From positions 1-64,000 of the IMG/VR virus record IMGVR_UViG_3300023719_000001: a DNA stretch of 64,000 nucleotides. The stretch is one strand, 5' to 3'. Below, one piece after another: positions 1 to 9,596 of the stretch (position 1 is its first letter; each line of letters opens with the position of its first letter). Below the pieces are notes generated by a model that saw nothing but the letters and a program-made list of their open reading frames with translations, was not told where the DNA came from and did not search any database. A program made the translations under genes and the position numbers. The DNA is from a virus.

Positions 1-33
1 CGAGGATTTCTCCTTTGGTACTCTTTGAAGCCA
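1..33 (-). CDS. hypothetical protein, N-terminal fragment (gene runs off the left window edge; begins MASKSTKGEIL)
   Basis: ATG at 33..31 preceded by AGGAGG 8 nt upstream on the minus strand; ORF continues past position 1. Confidence 0.35.
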
Positions 34-73
34 TGGTAAGACCTCCTGCTTATCTTTGTGAGTTTCAAAATTA

Positions 74-87
74 GGTATATTATACCT
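74..87. promoter_or_regulatory. perfect 13-bp palindrome GGTATAtTATACC (operator-like)
   Basis: inverted repeat read directly; lies in an intergenic region next to the int-proximal repeats. Confidence 0.3.
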
Positions 88-112
88 TACTTCCTACTTT
101 TTTTCAAGATGG

Positions 113-219
113 TCTATGCAAATCTCTATAAGTCTATATTTATCGATATTGCGACATTATTTCGAAGTCGTTTTTGCCATTCCAAAATGGACTCTATGCA
201 AATCTCTGTAAGTCTATAT
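113..219. repeat. two 27-bp direct repeats TCTATGCAAATCTCT(A/G)TAAGTCTATAT (113-139 and 193-219)
   Basis: one mismatch between copies, ~80 bp apart, immediately beyond the 3' end of the integrase gene; candidate arm-type sites / attP region. Confidence 0.6.
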
Positions 220-234
220 ATCTTTTGAAGATTT

Positions 235-257
235 GGTGTCAAAATTGGTGTCAAATA
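235..257. repeat. tandem 11-12 bp repeat GGTGTCAAAAT / GGTGTCAAATA
   Basis: adjacent direct repeats abutting the integrase stop codon. Confidence 0.5.
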
Positions 258-258
258 A

Positions 259-1425
259 TTAGGAAACAATCCTATTAAACTGTTTGATTGCCTCTGCTTC
301 GGTCTCTTCTTTTAAGATATGAGTATACACTTTCAAGGTTATATCGGGCGACGAATGTCCCATGAGGTATTGAACCGATTTAACATCCATCTTGGCTTTG
401 ACAAGCCGTGTACAATATTCGTGGCGCATACTATGGGCAGTGACTTCAGGCAATGGTTCATCATGGCAACTATTATAGGCTTTGATTAGTCCTTCAAAAA
501 TTCTAACAAGGTTTTTATTCGTATAGGGCCTTCCAGTTTTTGCTATAAACAAGAAGTCGGCCTGCCCATCTATTATTCTCTCTGCTTTTACAATCGGACG
601 TTGTTTTATCGCTTCTTCAAAAGCAATGATGGCGTCTTTAGATAATGGGATAGTCCTTATCCCACTTTCTGTTTTTGTAGGTGCTAAATACAGCCCGCCG
701 CTCTTTCCATCGTACACCATCTGATGAGATATAGTAACAGTGTTGTTATCAAAATCAAATGACTTTTTTGTTAGCCCGCATAATTCTCCTGCTCGAAGTC
801 CTGTCTCGTGCAAAAGCATCACCATGCCAACATGCCTTTTATATACTCGACTAGATTTCATGAACTTGATCAGATTTTGATACTGCTCTTCTGTTAATAT
901 TTCTTTTTCTTTTGAGTCACATTTGACAACTGTATTTAATTTAAAAACGAATGGATTTCTAGGAATTATATTCTCATCAAACATTTCTTGAAATGCCGGT
1001 CTAGCTAAAGACATGACATCTCTGATTGTTGTATAACAATATCCTTCGTTATCCAATTCTCGTGCAAATTGTTTTACATCGCGCACTAAAATATCAGTTG
1101 CATTCATTTCCCCAATTAGGTGATTCTGAAAGATTTTCAAATTCTGCGATTTTGTTTTATAGCTGCTTGGCCTAATAGTAAGTTTTGTTTCTTCGAGATG
1201 TCTTTTTGCTAATTGGTATACTGTGATTTTTGAAGTAGACGTTGTACTCCAATTAAGTTTTTCTTGGATTTCAGCTTCTTTTTCTCTCAATTCTTTAAGT
1301 GAAGTGGCGTATATTATTGAGCGTTTTCCAAGTTTGTTTGTCCATCTATATTGGTATCTCCCATCCTTTCTCTGGCTCTCGCCGTCTTTTAAAACTTTGC
1401 CATTATTATCTTTACGTCTTATCAT
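259..1425 (-). CDS. int: tyrosine recombinase / phage integrase
   Basis: 388 aa; C-terminal catalytic motifs HSMRHEY...LMGHSS...TLKVYTH (H-x-x-R, GHS, Y nucleophile); N-terminal arm/core-binding region. Confidence 0.85.
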   Translation of the reverse strand: MIRRKDNNGKVLKDGESQRKDGRYQYRWTNKLGKRSIIYATSLKELREKEAEIQEKLNWSTTSTSKITVYQLAKRHLEETKLTIRPSSYKTKSQNLKIFQNHLIGEMNATDILVRDVKQFARELDNEGYCYTTIRDVMSLARPAFQEMFDENIIPRNPFVFKLNTVVKCDSKEKEILTEEQYQNLIKFMKSSRVYKRHVGMVMLLHETGLRAGELCGLTKKSFDFDNNTVTISHQMVYDGKSGGLYLAPTKTESGIRTIPLSKDAIIAFEEAIKQRPIVKAERIIDGQADFLFIAKTGRPYTNKNLVRIFEGLIKAYNSCHDEPLPEVTAHSMRHEYCTRLVKAKMDVKSVQYLMGHSSPDITLKVYTHILKEETEAEAIKQFNRIVS

Positions 1426-1498
1426 GATGCAGAACTCCTTACGTTATATAAGAAGCTCTGGTGTGACACCATGAGTATACCACATCAGAGCCTATATT

Positions 1499-1693
1499 TC
1501 AAACAGAATACGTTTGATCTATATATTTTTCGAGAGCTTTACGTTTGATAAGACGTTTATTCCCCACCCAAAGTACCAATGGACAGTTTTCATCATCAGT
1601 AATCGCTCTTAGTCGGCAGACCCCAATCCCCGTGTAAGCAGCCGCTTCATCTAACGTCAGAGTCGTCTTTTCCCAAATTGGGACTTCTTTCAT
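1499..1693 (-). CDS. xis: excisionase-like HTH DNA-binding protein
   Basis: 64 aa; LTLDEAAAYTGIG...LR helix-turn-helix typical of the Xis/MerR-like family; immediately upstream of int. Confidence 0.5.
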   Translation of the reverse strand: MKEVPIWEKTTLTLDEAAAYTGIGVCRLRAITDDENCPLVLWVGNKRLIKRKALEKYIDQTYSV

Positions 1694-2517
1694 TCAATCA
1701 CCCTCTCCATCTTCTCTTCCCCATACCTTGCCACACATACATTGTAAAGTAGCATGGCACGTGTCATAAGGCCAACTCCGCCGATACGAGGGGTCACTTT
1801 GATGTCTTCCATCTCATAAATATCATCGGCACAGTCGCCGTGTTGCTTTCCGTTCTCGTCATAGTTGATGCCAACATCGATGCAGACTTCAACCCGATCA
1901 AGACCAAACGGTGTGATAAAGTTGCGCTTGCCCACAGCAGAGATGACCACATCGACCATTTCAAATCCAAGAGTAGTGGCCTTCATGCGGGAACCCGTGC
2001 TATTCACAGAGATCACATTACAGTGCCGTTTAATCAGCATATCAACCAGCGGACGACCAACAATATCAGATTGACCGCATACGAGTACATTCTTGCCATC
2101 CAGATCGTAACCGATGGAGTCAAAAATCTTCATAACGCCCAGCGGAGTGCAGGGCTGAAATTTAGATGTAGAATTAAAGCCATCAACGTCAAGTTCATCT
2201 GGAATACAAATATTTTTAGGGTCGATATGTTTTGGCAACGGAAGCTGAACAATGATACCGTCCACATATTCCCAATTATAATCTTCTAAGATCTTGTTGT
2301 TCAATTCATCTTCGGTAATATTTTCTGGCAGTTTGACAAGCTCCACTCCGATTCCAACCTCTTCACAGTCACGCAGCTTGCCGCGAATATAAGCATTGGA
2401 TGCAGGGTTGTCCCCTACTTGATAAATATGTAAAATAGGAGCATAGTCATCTTCTGCGATGACATTCTTGATTTTATTTTTGATATCCTGTGCGATAGAT
2501 TTGCAGTCAATAATCAT
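1690..2517 (-). CDS. folD: bifunctional methylenetetrahydrofolate dehydrogenase/cyclohydrolase FolD
   Basis: 275 aa; GDNPASNAYIRGK, Rossmann segment VLVCGQSDIVGRP, C-terminal PRIGGVGLMT motif. Confidence 0.8.
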   Translation of the reverse strand: MIIDCKSIAQDIKNKIKNVIAEDDYAPILHIYQVGDNPASNAYIRGKLRDCEEVGIGVELVKLPENITEDELNNKILEDYNWEYVDGIIVQLPLPKHIDPKNICIPDELDVDGFNSTSKFQPCTPLGVMKIFDSIGYDLDGKNVLVCGQSDIVGRPLVDMLIKRHCNVISVNSTGSRMKATTLGFEMVDVVISAVGKRNFITPFGLDRVEVCIDVGINYDENGKQHGDCADDIYEMEDIKVTPRIGGVGLMTRAMLLYNVCVARYGEEKMERVIE

Positions 2518-2529
2518 TGTGAGTCTCCT

Positions 2530-2940
2530 TTATAAGAATGTCTGAAATAGTTTCCTAAGCTTTGCGCTGAGAGCGTTATTTTCAAGATATGACGAAGAAT
2601 TCGATCTGAACTTTCTGTACGGAACGTTTTCAGATGATAGATAAACATCATAATTGATGTCGTCTATTGTGAAGGACTCATTAGTGACAACTTTGGCGGT
2701 CGGTAAAAGACATTCAAGCAATGAAATATCATAATTGAAATCCTGACAAAGAGATTTACCAAAATCATCAATATCTGGAATCTTCTCATTATCGATATAG
2801 TCCCAAATATATTTTATTCCAGTTAGACCATCTTTCATGAGGCTATCCGTTTTTACCATTTTGTGTAGGTCTGTATCAATCAAAATAAATCTACTATAGA
2901 ATCCAGAAAATCCTCCATTAGACTGTAAAAGCAGCTTCAT
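2530..2940 (-). CDS. hypothetical protein
   Basis: 136-aa ORF, co-oriented, start overlaps the upstream stop (ATGA). Confidence 0.4.
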   Translation of the reverse strand: MKLLLQSNGGFSGFYSRFILIDTDLHKMVKTDSLMKDGLTGIKYIWDYIDNEKIPDIDDFGKSLCQDFNYDISLLECLLPTAKVVTNESFTIDDINYDVYLSSENVPYRKFRSNSSSYLENNALSAKLRKLFQTFL

Positions 2941-3152
2941 ATGTTTTCTCCTTTATACTCACTACTACTATACAGAATATTTCGTAGCTGATTGATAAAA
3001 CCATCAACAACGCATTCACTGCAATCTAAATTAACCGTACACATGCCACAGCTATCAGTATAATGGTGCAGTAGATCTTCGATTGATCTTTTATAATATT
3101 CTGTTTGGTCTTTATAAAACCCTAATTCTTTACCATCCAAGTTCAACACCAC
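2937..3152 (-). CDS. hypothetical Cys-rich protein
   Basis: 71 aa; CGMCTVNLDCSEC; translationally coupled. Confidence 0.35.
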   Translation of the reverse strand: MVLNLDGKELGFYKDQTEYYKRSIEDLLHHYTDSCGMCTVNLDCSECVVDGFINQLRNILYSSSEYKGENI

Positions 3153-3621
3153 CTTCGTTTACAATATAGATGCCGTTGTCTTTAAGATATTCTATAAATT
3201 CTTCGTGTGGCAACTTATGTGCAAGTTCACAAATAGTGTAACTGCTTCTGCCTTTCACCCATTTTGTTTCTTTACGCAAGTTAGACCATTGATGTACACG
3301 AAATTCCTTGCAATACCATTTTAAATGAAATGCATCTGCACACAAATCGCAAATTGGTATCTCTACATAAAAGTCACCCGGATAGCGTTTTCTTCGCCAC
3401 CATTCCATATCATAGAATACAATACCATAGAGTTCAGGATAATCTTCAAATCCATGTTCTCTAAGGTAAGTAAAACTCAATCCATTGATAGTCCATTCTG
3501 GCGACCTTGGAACTGTATATCGAAGCTGCGATTCTGTATGTGAGATACAGGCGTTGTTATATTTTCCGTCGATGCCCATAATGTACCAGTCGGATTTATA
3601 ATAGCCTATTTGTTTAGTCAC
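3130..3621 (-). CDS. hypothetical Trp-rich protein
   Basis: 163-aa ORF in compact operon. Confidence 0.4.
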   Translation of the reverse strand: MTKQIGYYKSDWYIMGIDGKYNNACISHTESQLRYTVPRSPEWTINGLSFTYLREHGFEDYPELYGIVFYDMEWWRRKRYPGDFYVEIPICDLCADAFHLKWYCKEFRVHQWSNLRKETKWVKGRSSYTICELAHKLPHEEFIEYLKDNGIYIVNEGGVELGW

Positions 3622-4075
3622 AACTAATCACCTCCCCAGTATCATCACCCAACGGCAACGTGCATCCATAAAATGTTCCCAAATTTTCGATTTTAAAATA
3701 GTACCATTTTTTCGTCACGTAGTCATAAATACTGTAGCAAGTGCAGCGGCCATCATGCCAACGGTTCTTTTTAATAGCATCAATATCAAGTTCTAAAAAT
3801 CGTTTGATTTCGGATAATTTATATGAAGCAAAAATATAATCCCATGGGCCACGCCAATGGATAAACCACATGTGCTCTACGAAGTTCGGCCATTCTACAG
3901 AAAATCGTTCGACTGGTTTACTTCTGCCAAAATTCTTATATTGAAGAAAATAGTTGCTAATACCGTGTACACCAGTCCAATAATGGCCTTTAGTGCAGAT
4001 GAAATGAGAATAGCTTTCCCATTCTGGATTTTGTATTTCCCAGTGATTCTTTTCGATTGAAAATCTATCGTCCAT
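3614..4075 (-). CDS. hypothetical Trp-rich protein
   Basis: 153-aa ORF overlapping neighbour by 8 nt. Confidence 0.4.
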   Translation of the reverse strand: MDDRFSIEKNHWEIQNPEWESYSHFICTKGHYWTGVHGISNYFLQYKNFGRSKPVERFSVEWPNFVEHMWFIHWRGPWDYIFASYKLSEIKRFLELDIDAIKKNRWHDGRCTCYSIYDYVTKKWYYFKIENLGTFYGCTLPLGDDTGEVISCD

Positions 4076-4139
4076 TCAATCTACCTCATAAAAGTCTAGT
4101 TTTACTGTATTATTTTCTAATTTTTATAGCGATGATACG

Positions 4140-4463
4140 TTATTTATTTACTGTTCGGAACTGTTTCTCCATAAAGTCGTCCCATTTCATACCGAGAGGA
4201 TTACCGTCAACATCCACACAGTTGCCATCATCATCACAATAAACAGCAGGCTCTGTTGGCTTGCCATAAAATGGGATAGATTCCTTTGGAACAATTTGAA
4301 TTTCTTTGTTAGGATCATAATTGAAATCGTGAGTCCCATCGCAAGCTACGACATCTCCATCCGGCATTATGTAAACCGGTTTGAAGAACTTCTTGTTTGG
4401 ATTGTTTGATGTGTCAAAAGAGATTCCTACGATTTCGTATTTCTTTCCGTTAATTTCGACCAT
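4140..4463 (-). CDS. hypothetical protein
   Basis: 107-aa ORF. Confidence 0.4.
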   Translation of the reverse strand: MVEINGKKYEIVGISFDTSNNPNKKFFKPVYIMPDGDVVACDGTHDFNYDPNKEIQIVPKESIPFYGKPTEPAVYCDDDGNCVDVDGNPLGMKWDDFMEKQFRTVNK

Positions 4464-4765
4464 TAAAAATTAACCCTCCGAATGTGTCTATTCAAAACAT
4501 CCTGCATTTCTTCTACAATATCAATAACAGCGCACTCTGCTTTATCTTTTTGATATTCTTTTACAGAATCAACATCAACATCAATATTGATTACATCATT
4601 ATGGTATGGTTCTCCGGTCAAATCAATACCATAGGTGATCTCATCAAATGGAGCATTGTACCATTCTCCAGTATTACCGTCTGCGAATCCAAATGTCAGT
4701 TCAGTATTCTCGTCGTATCCGATTTCGTTTAGTTTGTTGATGAGCTCTACAACTTTCATAATCAA
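4463..4765 (-). CDS. hypothetical acidic protein
   Basis: 100-aa ORF, stop/start overlap with downstream gene. Confidence 0.4.
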   Translation of the reverse strand: MIMKVVELINKLNEIGYDENTELTFGFADGNTGEWYNAPFDEITYGIDLTGEPYHNDVINIDVDVDSVKEYQKDKAECAVIDIVEEMQDVLNRHIRRVNF

Positions 4766-4810
4766 TCTCCTGAATGCTTTCTATAAGCGCATACTTCTTT
4801 ATGTAAACAT

Positions 4811-5218
4811 TTACTGCAAATAGCCATTTTTTCTCGCTTTCCAACAGAAATTCTCTGCCCAATCATAAAATAGTTTTGGAATGTCTCGTACACAAGAAAC
4901 AACTTCCTGAAGTAAGGTGTTACTAGCTTTGTCTTCATGAGGTTCTTTATAAATACATTCCCATTTATACTCCCAGAGTTCAACTGTACTATTATCTTGT
5001 GTACTGATTTTCACAAAAATAGAACGAAGATGTGCGTTTACATTTACAGAAGTATAGCAATGTTCTTGTTCAAGCGGCCATTCATTTATTTTTTCAAGTA
5101 AACTAACTGCCCTATCGACCGCCATTTCGAATAGTGGTTGCTCGTCAGAGCACACACATATTCGTTCTATATCACCATCATGTAGAAGATTCAACTCCCA
5201 AATTTCTATTGTTCTCAC
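4811..5218 (-). CDS. hypothetical protein
   Basis: 135-aa ORF. Confidence 0.4.
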   Translation of the reverse strand: MRTIEIWELNLLHDGDIERICVCSDEQPLFEMAVDRAVSLLEKINEWPLEQEHCYTSVNVNAHLRSIFVKISTQDNSTVELWEYKWECIYKEPHEDKASNTLLQEVVSCVRDIPKLFYDWAENFCWKARKNGYLQ

Positions 5219-5238
5219 CTCTTTCTAAAACATACATT

Positions 5239-5475
5239 TCAATCGTCAAAAACCTCGTCCCTTGGAACAGCTACCTCTACGCTATAAGCAATGCTAGTAC
5301 ATTCTGGGCATCTTGTTTCATAATGAAGGAACTTAGAAACGTCCAGTCCTCCACGCATACGATATTCCGTAACAGAATTTTGGTCTGCCCAAAACTCACA
5401 GCCACAACTGCACTCGAAATGTACCGCGTACTCTATAGGTTTCACAATTCTATGTTTAATAATTTGATATGCCAT
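5239..5475 (-). CDS. hypothetical zinc-ribbon protein
   Basis: 78 aa; CSCGCE...CPEC. Confidence 0.35.
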   Translation of the reverse strand: MAYQIIKHRIVKPIEYAVHFECSCGCEFWADQNSVTEYRMRGGLDVSKFLHYETRCPECTSIAYSVEVAVPRDEVFDD

Positions 5476-5485
5476 ACTATACTCC

Positions 5486-5839
5486 TTACTGCATACTCAC
5501 ACGATTATATACTGACCCATTCTTATCAGCCAGCAAGCACTGCTCTAGATATTCTTGTTTTTTCATAAGCTCGTATTTGGCAGCGAAAATCATACCATTA
5601 TATTCAGTTGCCGCTTCTTCATAAGTGTCTGCGAAACGATAACAATCAGGATTTGCCCCAACGCTAAAAGTCTTTGATCTAGTTTTGTTACTCAAGGTAT
5701 GGAACTTAGAATAGCAACTTCTTTCTTCAAAAGTACCAAAGACAGGCTCACATTTGATGCCAGCCTTTGTATCGTCAAATCTAAATCCAGTACACCATAG
5801 AGGGGTATCTTCTGGGACTGTTTTAATGTCGTAAACCAT
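5486..5839 (-). CDS. hypothetical protein
   Basis: 117-aa ORF. Confidence 0.4.
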   Translation of the reverse strand: MVYDIKTVPEDTPLWCTGFRFDDTKAGIKCEPVFGTFEERSCYSKFHTLSNKTRSKTFSVGANPDCYRFADTYEEAATEYNGMIFAAKYELMKKQEYLEQCLLADKNGSVYNRVSMQ

Positions 5840-5849
5840 ATTTTATTCC

Positions 5850-6086
5850 TCAAATATTATTCGCCGCAAACACAAACGACATATTAAAAATATCTTGGAG
5901 ATTTCTTTCTTGAATCATATTCTCTTCGGATAAAGCAACCTTGATAACTTCATCGTCGGTATGCGTATCATCATATTCTACTGTATCACAAATCTTATAC
6001 AGTTTGCCGTCTTTCTCTTGAAGTAATGTTCCCTCACCAAGTTTTAATGGAGTTGTTTTCTTTTCTTCTCGAATATGTGCTTTCAT
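5850..6086 (-). CDS. hypothetical protein
   Basis: 78-aa ORF coupled to the MTase gene. Confidence 0.35.
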   Translation of the reverse strand: MKAHIREEKKTTPLKLGEGTLLQEKDGKLYKICDTVEYDDTHTDDEVIKVALSEENMIQERNLQDIFNMSFVFAANNI

Positions 6087-6820
6087 GATACCTCGATTCT
6101 TTCTTTGGCAATCTCAAAATATTTTTGGTCAAGTTCTATACCAATATAATTTCGTTCAAGATTTTTAGCGGCAATACCACTTCCACCAACACCCATACAA
6201 TTATCAAGAATGGTCTCACCCTTATTTGTGTAAGTACTGATAAGCCACTCCATCAAAGCTACCGGTTTCTCGGTTGGATGGAGCATAACGGAACTATGTG
6301 CTCTTTGAAATGTCACCAGCGATTTCGGATACTTTTTCGTGTCACCCGCTCTTTCCGCAGATGCCCGATTTGTAGAATTAAAGTTGCCGTAGTTGTTGTT
6401 TTTACGGTTTCCTTCTTTATATTTTGTGCCCATTCCGTGGAGCGGTTTACCTTCTGTGAATTGTGGATTATATGTAGGAAGCTTCTTATAAAAAACAACA
6501 ATTTCTTCTGTACTGCGGAGTGGCATTCGTTTTGCATTCAAAAATCCAGATGAAAGAACTTTATCCCACACGAGATTATATCGCCACATTTTGCGGTTAC
6601 TTTCCATAAGATCTGCCATGAACATTCCATCAGCAAACAGACAAATCGCACCGTTATCCTTAATGATTCGGTTGTATTGTTCCCACAGCTTATCGAAAGG
6701 AATCACAGAATCCCATTTATTATGAGTGACACCATAGGGCAAGTCACAAAGAATCATATCGATAGATTTATCTGTGATTTGTGGCATAATTTTCAAACAA
6801 TCATCATTATAAAGTTCCAT
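6083..6820 (-). CDS. DNA methyltransferase, beta-class N6A/N4C (N6_N4_Mtase family)
   Basis: 245 aa; N-terminal motif IV variant DLPYG; C-terminal motif I region ILDNCMGVGGSGIAAKNLERNYIGIELD. Confidence 0.8.
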   Translation of the reverse strand: MELYNDDCLKIMPQITDKSIDMILCDLPYGVTHNKWDSVIPFDKLWEQYNRIIKDNGAICLFADGMFMADLMESNRKMWRYNLVWDKVLSSGFLNAKRMPLRSTEEIVVFYKKLPTYNPQFTEGKPLHGMGTKYKEGNRKNNNYGNFNSTNRASAERAGDTKKYPKSLVTFQRAHSSVMLHPTEKPVALMEWLISTYTNKGETILDNCMGVGGSGIAAKNLERNYIGIELDQKYFEIAKERIEVS

Positions 6821-6867
6821 TCATTCACATCCTCTTATTCCTCCCACCCACCCATAAAATTTACCTT

Positions 6868-7191
6868 TTACCAGAATGAATATTTCGTTCTAATCGAAGG
6901 TGTTTCTACACTTTTTGCAGGATTCTCCAGCGTTGCAGCCGATGCGATAATTTCACCGATGCTCTTCTGGAATTCCTGCAATTTCTTCAATTCGCTTTTA
7001 ATATCAACTTTCACTTCGACATTTTCAATAAACCCAATGTCCTCAAGACATTTACAGTAACCGGCAATCTCGTTATAGAAGATGTGGTCGTATTCTTCCA
7101 AAAGCGTGTGCTCGTCAAACAGCTTTACTTGCCATGCAATTCCAAATGGAGCTTCTTTCTCGTAATGAGATTCGATAATATAATACTTCAT
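6868..7191 (-). CDS. hypothetical protein
   Basis: 107-aa ORF. Confidence 0.4.
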   Translation of the reverse strand: MKYYIIESHYEKEAPFGIAWQVKLFDEHTLLEEYDHIFYNEIAGYCKCLEDIGFIENVEVKVDIKSELKKLQEFQKSIGEIIASAATLENPAKSVETPSIRTKYSFW

Positions 7192-7257
7192 TATATATTC
7201 TCCTTACTTGATGCTGTCCTTAGCTTTAACCCTCTTTAAAACATCAGCTTTATTCTC

Positions 7258-7791
7258 TTACTGTTTTCCGGTACTTCCAAAACCACCGGCTCCACGCTCA
7301 GTTTCGTCCAATTCGGAAACTTCTTCAAAATCAGCCTGCCAAAACGGAACAACTGCCATCTGAGCAATACGGTCACCATGAGTAATCATTTGAGGGATGT
7401 CGGAATGATTATGTAAAGCAACGATGTACTCGCCACGATAATCCTGATCGCAAATACCAGTTTTATTCGCAGGAGCAAGTCCCTGCTTGGTTGCCATACC
7501 GCTACGAGCGTAGATAGCGACGTACCAACCTTCCGGCAGAGCCATTCGCAGACCAGTATGTACCTTAACTGTCTCACCCGGCTGAATCATAATGCAGCGG
7601 TCGCCATTCTTGTTTACCATCGTTGCATCATCAAAACTAATGTAAGCATACAGGTCTGCACAAGCAGCATTTTTAGAACCATAAGTCGGCAGACGAGCAT
7701 CTTCGTGCAGTTTATTGATCTTAATGTTGGGGCGATACGGCATCCGACTCATGCCATAGCCAAGATTAGTAGTTGCGTTTCCTAAATCCAT
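7258..7791 (-). CDS. dut: dUTP diphosphatase (dUTPase)
   Basis: motifs ARSGMA, GICDQDYRGE, GDRIAQM, RGAGGFGSTG; start trimmed to the ATG at 7791 that has AAAGGA 8 nt upstream (the longer ORF to 7863 would overlap nrdG). Confidence 0.8.
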   Translation of the reverse strand: MDLGNATTNLGYGMSRMPYRPNIKINKLHEDARLPTYGSKNAACADLYAYISFDDATMVNKNGDRCIMIQPGETVKVHTGLRMALPEGWYVAIYARSGMATKQGLAPANKTGICDQDYRGEYIVALHNHSDIPQMITHGDRIAQMAVVPFWQADFEEVSELDETERGAGGFGSTGKQ

Positions 7792-7816
7792 ATTATTTTC
7801 CTTTCTCTTCTGGAGT

Positions 7817-8320
7817 CTACCAAAGGGTTGGCTCTTTATATCCAAGACTCCATTTAATATCAATTACTCGTTGGTTCTTACTTCCCATATATGGAAGTGA
7901 GATATCTTTTTCTGCTTCAATAAAAGGACCATCTACAAGGACGTTGATATCCGCAAGAATGTCAGCCACAAGTCCATCTTGGTTCCATAAGTCTTCCCAC
8001 TTGTATCCAGTCCAGAGCCAGACGTCTTTTTTGCTTAGAAATTCAGTCCACACACGATGGACGATTTTCTTAACAACTTCTCTATTCTCCGGCAAGAGTG
8101 GATCTCCACCAGTAAGCGTAAGCCCCTGAATATAATCAGGTCGAAGTAAATCTACAATTTTATCAAGCGTTTCATCCGTGAATGGCTGACCACAATTCGC
8201 GTTCCATGTAGTAGGATTCTGACAGCCGGGACAATGATGATCACAACCCTGCACGAAAAGTGTGACGCGCACCCCTTCGCCATTTGCTATATCACAGGGA
8301 ACAATTTTAGCGTAGTTCAT
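7817..8320 (-). CDS. nrdG: anaerobic ribonucleotide reductase activating protein NrdG (radical SAM)
   Basis: 167 aa; CDHHCPGCQN (CxxxCxxC) near the N-terminus. Confidence 0.8.
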   Translation of the reverse strand: MNYAKIVPCDIANGEGVRVTLFVQGCDHHCPGCQNPTTWNANCGQPFTDETLDKIVDLLRPDYIQGLTLTGGDPLLPENREVVKKIVHRVWTEFLSKKDVWLWTGYKWEDLWNQDGLVADILADINVLVDGPFIEAEKDISLPYMGSKNQRVIDIKWSLGYKEPTLW

Positions 8321-8700
8321 TTAATGCCCTCCATTTTTGCCCCACAATAGGGACAATACTTAAAAGGCTTGTATTTCTCAGAGCCGATACAAGGTGTCTC
8401 GCGCGGATAGAAAAAATCTTCGTAAAACTGTTCGTTGCAATTAGAACAATGATATACAGAGTCTTCTTCGTCATCGCACGGCCAGTGATCCCAGTGTGCA
8501 ATAGCACGAACTGTATTAGATTCTGCTTTCGGAAGCCCTAATAGGTCTTCGCGTTCTTCTGCTAGGAAATCGGAATAGTCATCTCGTTCGTCATAAAAGC
8601 GCATGTGCTTCAAGCCACTGTCAATTTCGTCTAGTAAAGGAGTGATATCCGCCCATTGAGCGTTTTCAGGAATATATTTCGCCATCTTGAACCACCTCAA
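8317..8700 (-). CDS. hypothetical zinc-ribbon protein
   Basis: 127 aa; CSNCNE...CPYCG. Confidence 0.4.
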   Translation of the reverse strand: MRWFKMAKYIPENAQWADITPLLDEIDSGLKHMRFYDERDDYSDFLAEEREDLLGLPKAESNTVRAIAHWDHWPCDDEEDSVYHCSNCNEQFYEDFFYPRETPCIGSEKYKPFKYCPYCGAKMEGIK

Positions 8701-8874
8701 TGCTTAAACGTCTGTAATGCTGCAAACACGACAATGGCAACGTTCACAACTCCACAAAAGAACTTCTGTGTTCTTTCGTCATCAAAACTTGCCTTGGACA
8801 CTTCAACGATAAGCTGCTCACATCGGATGCAACAGCCCATCATAATTAGAGTTGCTAAGACAGCAATCGTAAAA

Positions 8875-9183
8875 TCAATCCACATCGATTAGCACCTCCT
8901 CGATAGGAATAATCTGACCATCAACGTAGTAGCACATCTGACCGTGCTTATTATAATAAGGAGACATATAGCCGTAGCCTGTGTAGCCTGCACCTTTTCC
9001 GAACAAATAATACATGATGTGTGTATCCTTGTCGTACACCATAGGAGTGTCACCGATACGATAGAACCAGTCATTCGCTACAGTTACATTCCCTACTGAG
9101 TCTTTCACCCTTGTACTGCATCCAGTCAGTATAATCGCTACTAGAAGTACGCATACGGCAGTATTTTTAAAAATTTTAAACAT
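8875..9183 (-). CDS. putative lipoprotein
   Basis: 102 aa; signal peptide with lipobox LTGC. Confidence 0.45.
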   Translation of the reverse strand: MFKIFKNTAVCVLLVAIILTGCSTRVKDSVGNVTVANDWFYRIGDTPMVYDKDTHIMYYLFGKGAGYTGYGYMSPYYNKHGQMCYYVDGQIIPIEEVLIDVD

Positions 9184-9266
9184 ACCCTTCCTTTCTGTTA
9201 AAAGCGGAATTCTATCAAAATCTGTAAAAAATTATTACGATAATACGTTGATTAAATTTAGCAAAA

Positions 9267-9596
9267 TCAGGATTTTTTCTCCTCCTCCGGCAGATACCGC
9301 CAATAGTCAGGTTCCTTAACAGCATAAAGAACTCCAATTTCGTGCCATCCAACATAAGAACTCAGAACTGCTGTATCCTCTCTACCATCTTTATATCTGA
9401 TCTGGCACGGTACACCATATTTCGGCAACTCAATATTTGTGCTTTTCCAACCGTCGTTTTCTTCCGGCCAGTCAATTCTAGCTCCGCAATTTCCGCAGTA
9501 GCCGTTCTGGTTTCCATCTTCGTTATAAAGGTACTCACCACTGCCACAGCACTGACAGGAGACGATACCATCTTCTGCAAAAGGATTATTAATCAT
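9267..9596 (-). CDS. hypothetical Cys-rich protein
   Basis: 109 aa; CQCCGSG...CGNCG. Confidence 0.4.
   Translation of the reverse strand: MINNPFAEDGIVSCQCCGSGEYLYNEDGNQNGYCGNCGARIDWPEENDGWKSTNIELPKYGVPCQIRYKDGREDTAVLSSYVGWHEIGVLYAVKEPDYWRYLPEEEKKS

Noticed and set aside
7792-7863. Longer dUTPase ORF starting at 7863
   Set aside because: The extension overlaps nrdG by 47 nt, and the upstream residues (MILNGVLDIKSQPF…) lack dUTPase similarity. An internal ATG with an SD at 7791 was preferred.
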